A DNA stretch of 64,000 nucleotides, from NCBI RefSeq assembly GCF_032116555.1, contig NZ_CP134949.1, forward strand, positions 372,001-436,000, in the 5' to 3' direction. A program made the position numbers and the translations under genes. Below are positions 59,236 through 64,000 of the stretch, in pieces; positions within the stretch are counted from its first letter, which is position 1, and each line of letters starts with the position of its first letter. The notes beneath the pieces were generated by a model that ran no database searches, had not been told where the DNA came from, and saw nothing but the letters and a program-made list of their open reading frames with translations. Origin of the DNA: Halorarum halobium (GTDB taxonomy: Archaea; Halobacteriota; Halobacteria; Halobacteriales; Haloferacaceae).

Positions 59236-59291
59236 CGCCCGATCCGCCGGTCACCGCCGTCCCCGTTCTCGCCACTCCGATCGCTCCACAG

Positions 59292-59344
59292 CACGTCGGA
59301 GTACCTGCGTTTCCACGTCGGAGTACCTGCGTTTCCACGTCGGA
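59292..59344. repeat. Perfect 22-bp tandem repeat, 2.4 copies
   Basis: CACGTCGGAGTACCTGCGTTTC x2 plus CACGTCGGA. Confidence 0.9.
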
Positions 59345-59541
59345 ATTCCCTCGTCTCCCGACCACGACGGTTCCATTCGTGGCACGTGTTCACTCGCGAC
59401 AGATACTACTACCTGAACGTCAATTATAACGGTCGTTAGATTCAAAAAACAGTTAACTATGCGGGGCCTGTATTGAATATCCAACGGAGAAGATCGGCCG
59501 AAGCACACGTTCGGCCGAAACCACCGACAGCACGATCACCC

Positions 59542-60021
59542 ATGACCGCGACCGCACACGCCCACCCGACGCCCGACGCGACCGCCGCACAGTCGTTCGA
59601 CCGCATCCTCGTCCCCGTCGCCGACGCCGCCGACGCCGAGTCGCTCGCGGACACGGCGCTGTCGCTGGCGGCCGCACACGGCGCGACGGTCCACGCGCTC
59701 TCGGTCGTCGACATCGACGCGGGCGGTGGCCACTGGGACGTCGTCGTGGAACGCCACGAGGCCGCGGCCACCGGCGGGGTCGACGCGGTGGCCGAGCGCG
59801 CGGCCGCCCTCGGGGTCGAGACGGTCAAGCACGTCCGCTACGGCGACCCCGACGGCACCATCGCCGACTACGCCGCCGACCACGGCGCCGACCTCATCGT
59901 GATGGGCGCGCGCGACCGTTCGGGGCTCTCGCGGTTCCTCTCGGCCGGCAGCGTCACGCCGCGGGTGCAGCGTCGCTCCTCGGTGCCCGTGCTCACGGTT
60001 CCGGAGTCCGGCGCGGAGTAA
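59542..60021 (+). CDS. Universal stress protein
   Basis: FDRILVPV, VHALSVVD, GDP...I..YA, DLIVMG, GSVT.RV.R.S.VPVLTV. Confidence 0.92.
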   Translation: MTATAHAHPTPDATAAQSFDRILVPVADAADAESLADTALSLAAAHGATVHALSVVDIDAGGGHWDVVVERHEAAATGGVDAVAERAAALGVETVKHVRYGDPDGTIADYAADHGADLIVMGARDRSGLSRFLSAGSVTPRVQRRSSVPVLTVPESGAE

Positions 60022-60121
60022 GCGTCGCGCGGAGTAGTCGCGCAGCGACGGCGGCGGACGCGGTTCGAGGGGGTGTCGACCGGCCTGGTTCTTCGGCGGG
60101 GGGCAGCGTTCCGCGTGGAGG

Positions 60122-60496
60122 CTACGAGTCGTCCTCGCCGAGGTGGGAGACGTCGGTCGCGGCGTCGACGATGTCGAGCAGGGGGAACTGGGGTTCGCGG
60201 TCGAACGAGACGAAGACGCCGCTGTACCGGGAGGACGGGAAGAGGAAGACGATCAACTCCGTGAAGAGGAATAGCTGGCAGTCGAGGTCGCCGAACTCGC
60301 CGACCGACTTGAAGTCCTCGGCCGACACCTGGTTTGCCATCATGCTCTGATAGGCCCGGTCGAAGTCCATCCGGGTGTACTCGTCCTCGAGGTCCTCCCG
60401 GACGTACTCGACCTCGTAATCGATCGATTCGAGGGTCGCCACGACCCGTAGCTGTCCGCCCGCGACGTCCTTGAACGCCTCCACCAGGCTGGACAT
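60122..60496 (-). CDS. Conserved haloarchaeal hypothetical protein
   Basis: Acidic 124-aa ORF with YVREDL...Y and GVFVSFD, typical of a haloarchaeal small-protein family; host-like codon use. Confidence 0.7.
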   Translation of the reverse strand: MSSLVEAFKDVAGGQLRVVATLESIDYEVEYVREDLEDEYTRMDFDRAYQSMMANQVSAEDFKSVGEFGDLDCQLFLFTELIVFLFPSSRYSGVFVSFDREPQFPLLDIVDAATDVSHLGEDDS

Positions 60497-60572
60497 CTGT
60501 CCGCTTACATAACGGTCGCGGATGACAAAAGACCGGCGGTGAACGCGGTTTCGAGCCGCTCTCGCGGGGCGA

Positions 60573-60752
60573 TCACGCGAAGCCGAACTGCCGCATCAAC
60601 CCGCTCGCGAGCCCTTTCACGACCAGCCCGGTTCCGACGATCACCAGCGCGATCCCGGCCGCGACGACGGGGTCCGCGTAGGCGACGAGGCCGATCCCGC
60701 CGACCACCAGCAGTACGCCGAGGAGTCCGACCGTGCCGAGTTTCTCGAGCAT
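60573..60752 (-). CDS. 59-aa two-helix membrane protein (absent from the ORF track)
   Basis: MLEKLGTVGLLGVLLVVGGIGLVAYADPVVAAGIALVIVGTGLVVKGLASGLMRQFGFA; divergent from aIF1A. Confidence 0.75.
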   Translation of the reverse strand: MLEKLGTVGLLGVLLVVGGIGLVAYADPVVAAGIALVIVGTGLVVKGLASGLMRQFGFA

Positions 60753-60814
60753 GCTCCGGCGTCTCTCTCCCGGGGCCTAAACCGTCGCGGTCCGGCGTGG
60801 GGGCGAAATCCCGG

Positions 60815-60824
60815 CGAATTTAAA
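60815..60824 (+). promoter_or_regulatory. BRE/TATA promoter of aIF1A (leaderless-type spacing)
   Basis: CGAA-TTTAAA about 29 bp upstream of the ATG at 60853. Confidence 0.6.
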
Positions 60825-60852
60825 CCTCGGCCGACAGAAGCTCCGTCTAGCC

Positions 60853-61143
60853 ATGAGCGACGACGACTCCGGCGGTCGCAAGAACCTCCGGATGCCCGAT
60901 GACGACGAGGTGTTCGCCGAGGTGACGAACATGCTCGGAGCCAATCGCGTGAAAGTCCGCTGTGCCGACGGCACCGAGCGGACCGCACGTATCCCCGGCC
61001 GGATGCAGAAACGCATCTGGATCCGGGAGGGCGACATCGTGCTCGTGGAGCCGTGGGACTGGCAGGACGAGAAGGCCGACGTGGCGTGGCGCTACGAGAA
61101 GGCGGAAGCCGACCAGCTGCGCGAGGAAGGCCACATCAAGTAG
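60853..61143 (+). CDS. eif1a: Translation initiation factor aIF1A
   Basis: [46 protein letters not shown]. Confidence 0.97.
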   Translation: MSDDDSGGRKNLRMPDDDEVFAEVTNMLGANRVKVRCADGTERTARIPGRMQKRIWIREGDIVLVEPWDWQDEKADVAWRYEKAEADQLREEGHIK

Positions 61144-61231
61144 CCCGGTTTCGACGGCACACCGGCGGTTCCGGCTCGACGGACTCCCTCCGTAGCTGAT
61201 CGAGTTGCCGATTCTCCACTCCCGTCCAGTC

Positions 61232-61636
61232 TCACTCGACGGCGCGCTCGCGCTCCGCCGACGCGGATTCGACCGCTTCGGTTTCGAGCAGATCGTCGAG
61301 CCGCCGCTGGAACGCTTCCTGCCCGAGTTCGCCCTCCGCGTACCGCCGTCGGAGCGTTTCGATCGGCGTCTCGGCCCCGTCGTCGGGGTCCCCTTCGATT
61401 GGTGCCCCCGCCGTGGGTGCCGCGTTCGCCTGCCGAACGAGGCCCCGCGTCAACTGGCCGGCGATCCCGAACGACGCGGCGATGACCGCGAGATACAGCA
61501 GTGCCACCGCCAGGACCGGGGTCCCCTCGAGGAGGCCGAACGCCAGCACCCAGAGCCCGACCGCGGACGCGAGCACGGCGACGCCGACGCGGACGGAGGG
61601 GCTGTCCGGCACGTACCGGTGAACCAGCTCGTACAT
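61232..61636 (-). CDS. SHOCT-domain membrane protein
   Basis: Two TM segments and C-terminal LRRRYAEGEL...F.RR. Confidence 0.8.
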   Translation of the reverse strand: MYELVHRYVPDSPSVRVGVAVLASAVGLWVLAFGLLEGTPVLAVALLYLAVIAASFGIAGQLTRGLVRQANAAPTAGAPIEGDPDDGAETPIETLRRRYAEGELGQEAFQRRLDDLLETEAVESASAERERAVE

Positions 61637-61785
61637 CGGTTCCGACGTCTCGACACCGCCACAAAAGCGTCGGGGGAACCGGGACCCCGCCGTCCGTTCC
61701 CGGTCGCGGACTCGACCGTCGCCGCCTCCGGGTCACCGCGAACGACCTGCGGGGCTTTTCACGCCGGGCGACGTAGCCGGGTGCA

Positions 61786-62658
61786 ATGACAGGGGAGTTC
61801 GGGCTCGTCGATCCCGAGGAGGCCGAGGTGCCGGGCGACGAGTGGGAGTCGCTCGACGTCTCGGACGACGAGGCCGACCGCATCGCCCGGCGGCAGGACG
61901 ACGAGTTCGACGAGTTCCGGATCAGGGTCAAGGACACCGAGCAGTTCAAGATCGAGGCGTCGGTGTTCGACGACGCGACGCTCGCGGCCGTCTACAAGCT
62001 CGTCCAGGACGGCCACATCGGCGCGTTCGGCGGCCCCATCTCGACCGGGAAGGAGGCGAACGTGTACGAGGCGCTCGGGGACGACGGGGAGGAACTCGCG
62101 GTGAAGGTGTACCGCATCGGCACCTCGAACTTCCGGCACATGCGCGAGTACCTGGAGGGCGACCCACGCTTCGAGGGCATCGGCTCGGACAAGAAGAAGG
62201 TCGTGCTCGCGTGGGTGCGAAAGGAGTTCGCCAACCTCCGCCGCGCGAAGGCCGCGGGCGTCCGCGTTCCCGACCCCATCGCCGTCCAGCGGAACGTGCT
62301 CGTGATGGACCTGGTCGGTCACGCCGACGACCGGGCGCGCCGGCTCTCGGAGGTCGACGTGGAGAACCCCGAGACGGCCTACGAGGTCGTCCGCGAGTAC
62401 ATGCGCCGGCTCTACTCGGCCGGCCTCGTTCACGGCGACCTCTCGGAGTACAACATGATCATCCACGAGGGCGAACTCGTCGTCATCGACCTCGGGCAGG
62501 CGGTGACGGTCCACCACCCGAACGCGCGCGAGTTCCTCGAACGCGACTGCGAGAACGTCGCCGCCTTCTTCTCCCGGCAGGGGATGGCCGTCACGGGCGC
62601 GGAACTGCAGGAGTACGTCACCGCGCCCGAGCCGGAGCCGTCGGCGGATCTGGAGTGA
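61786..62658 (+). CDS. rio1: Serine/threonine protein kinase Rio1
   Basis: STGKEANVY, AVKVYR, W..KEF.NL, VHGDLSEYN, IDLGQAV...HP.A.EFL.RD. Confidence 0.96.
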   Translation: MTGEFGLVDPEEAEVPGDEWESLDVSDDEADRIARRQDDEFDEFRIRVKDTEQFKIEASVFDDATLAAVYKLVQDGHIGAFGGPISTGKEANVYEALGDDGEELAVKVYRIGTSNFRHMREYLEGDPRFEGIGSDKKKVVLAWVRKEFANLRRAKAAGVRVPDPIAVQRNVLVMDLVGHADDRARRLSEVDVENPETAYEVVREYMRRLYSAGLVHGDLSEYNMIIHEGELVVIDLGQAVTVHHPNAREFLERDCENVAAFFSRQGMAVTGAELQEYVTAPEPEPSADLE

Positions 62659-62808
62659 GTTCGACGGCGGCGTGACCGCTCGACCCACCGACCCAGAGAC
62701 GGAACGGCCGTTCGACCCGTCCGCTCGACAGAACGAGCCTTCTGCTCGCCCGCCGACAGAAGTGTCATTCTGCGAGTACATTTCTGCCCCCGTCCCCATC
62801 GGACGGAC

Positions 62809-64000
62809 ATGCGATCGCTCCTCGGCAACGTCGCCTTCCGGCGGCTGTTCGTGGGTCGGCTGGTGACGAACGCGGGCGACAGCCTCTACGCGGTGGCGGC
62901 GATGTGGCTCGTGTTCGAGCTCACCGGGTCGACGTTCTACACCGGCCTCGCGGGCGCGCTGACGATGGGCCCGCAGGCGCTCCAGGCGTTCGTCGGCCCG
63001 CTGGTGGACCGCTGGCCGCTCCGTCGCCTCCTCGTCGGCATCCAGGTGACACAGGCGGTCGTCGTCCTCGTGGTGCCCGCGGCGTGGCTGCTGGGCGTCC
63101 GCTCGGTCGAACTCGTGCTCGTCGTCGTCCCGGCGCTCTCGATGCTGAACCAGTTCGTCTACCCGGCCCAGAGCGCCGCGCTGCCCCGCATCGTCGACGA
63201 CGACGAACTCGCGGACGCCAACGCCGCGTTCTCGTTCGCCTACCAGGGCGCCGACCTCGTGTTCAACGCACTCGCCGGGGCGCTCATCGCGCTGTTCGGC
63301 GCGGTGGCGCTGTACGCGATCGACTCGCTGACGTTCCTCGTCGCGGCGGTGCTGTTCGCCGGCGTCGTCGTCCCGGCGGCGGGGGCGGGCGATACGGCGA
63401 CCCACGGTGCCGAGGAGGCACCGTCGGCAGGCGATGCCGGGGATGCTGTGGGCGACGATCCGGCCGCGGGTCCGGCCGAGACCGACGGCGGCGAGTCGGA
63501 CGGCTCCGACCGCGGCGAACCGGACGGCTACCTCGACCGCCTGCGCGGGGGCGCGGCGTTCGTGCGCGGGACGCCGCTCGTCTGGCTGCTCGGGGCCGGC
63601 GTGCTCACGAACGGCCTGCTCGGCGTCTCGACCGCGGTGCTGCCGGCGTTCGCCGATACGATGGGCGGCGCGGGCGCCTACGGCGCCATCCGGGCGGCGA
63701 CGGCCGAGGGCCTGCTCGTCGGCGCGCTCCTCGGGTCGAAGCTGGACCACGTCGGGTTCGCGCGGCTGTTCGTGCCCGGCTTCCTGCTCTCGGCGGCGGG
63801 CTGGTTCGCCGCCCTGTTCGCGCCGACGCTGCCGCTCACGGCGCTCTGTTTCGCGCTCGCGCTGCTGCCCGTCGGCGCGACGAACGTCCTCGTCTCGACG
63901 CTGATCCAGCGGATGGTGCCCGACGACTTCCTCGGCCGCGTGAGCGCCATCCTCGGCTCCGCGTCGGTCGCGGTGATGCCCATCGGCTCGCTCCTCGGGG
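62809..64000 (+). CDS. MFS transporter (DHA3-like), truncated by the window end
   Basis: MRSLLGNVAFRRLFVGRLVTNAGDSLY.VA.MWLV..LTGS, GPLVDRWP.RR; no stop before 64000. Confidence 0.88.
   Translation, partial: MRSLLGNVAFRRLFVGRLVTNAGDSLYAVAAMWLVFELTGSTFYTGLAGALTMGPQALQAFVGPLVDRWPLRRLLVGIQVTQAVVVLVVPAAWLLGVRSVELVLVVVPALSMLNQFVYPAQSAALPRIVDDDELADANAAFSFAYQGADLVFNALAGALIALFGAVALYAIDSLTFLVAAVLFAGVVVPAAGAGDTATHGAEEAPSAGDAGDAVGDDPAAGPAETDGGESDGSDRGEPDGYLDRLRGGAAFVRGTPLVWLLGAGVLTNGLLGVSTAVLPAFADTMGGAGAYGAIRAATAEGLLVGALLGSKLDHVGFARLFVPGFLLSAAGWFAALFAPTLPLTALCFALALLPVGATNVLVSTLIQRMVPDDFLGRVSAILGSASVAVMPIGSLLG

Noticed and set aside
59292..59344. Possible mini-CRISPR
   Set aside because: Units are directly adjacent with no spacers
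1..64000. tRNA/rRNA genes, integrases or transposases bounding the island
   Set aside because: None recognised by eye; a tRNAscan-SE/ISEScan run would be needed to exclude them fully

Overview
High-GC haloarchaeal (Halobacteria) chromosomal DNA, judged from the acidic proteins, Tat lipoproteins and archaeal information-processing genes. It has four blocks. (1) 1-36.4 kb: a large accessory catabolic island of about 38 genes with an IclR regulator, a Liv-type ABC transporter, 2 MFS transporters, 2 luciferase-like monooxygenases, a flavin reductase, an amidohydrolase plus Rieske ferredoxin pair, enamidase-, cyclase-, nitrilase- and creatininase-like hydrolases, three atypical DHDPS-family proteins, a Cys-less Asp/Glu-racemase-family protein and an embedded ribK-ribB pair. 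It most plausibly degrades an N-heterocyclic or aromatic compound. (2) 36.4-38.2 kb: a lower-GC, apparently non-coding stretch with AT-rich tracts and six alternating-orientation copies of a GGGGYTGGACRTYTY motif. (3) 38.2-47 kb: a stand-alone PD-(D/E)XK nuclease, an HxlR/MerB-like/methyltransferase unit and an AddA/AddB-like helicase-nuclease pair. (4) 47-64 kb: core genes (kae1-bud32, rps24e, DUF359, spt4, rpo7, PIN, aIF2-gamma, tyrS, aIF1A, rio1), interrupted by a 5.4 kb accessory patch containing a putative toxin-antitoxin pair. I saw no rRNA, tRNA, CRISPR array or transposase. All family calls come from motif recognition by eye; no database searches were run.
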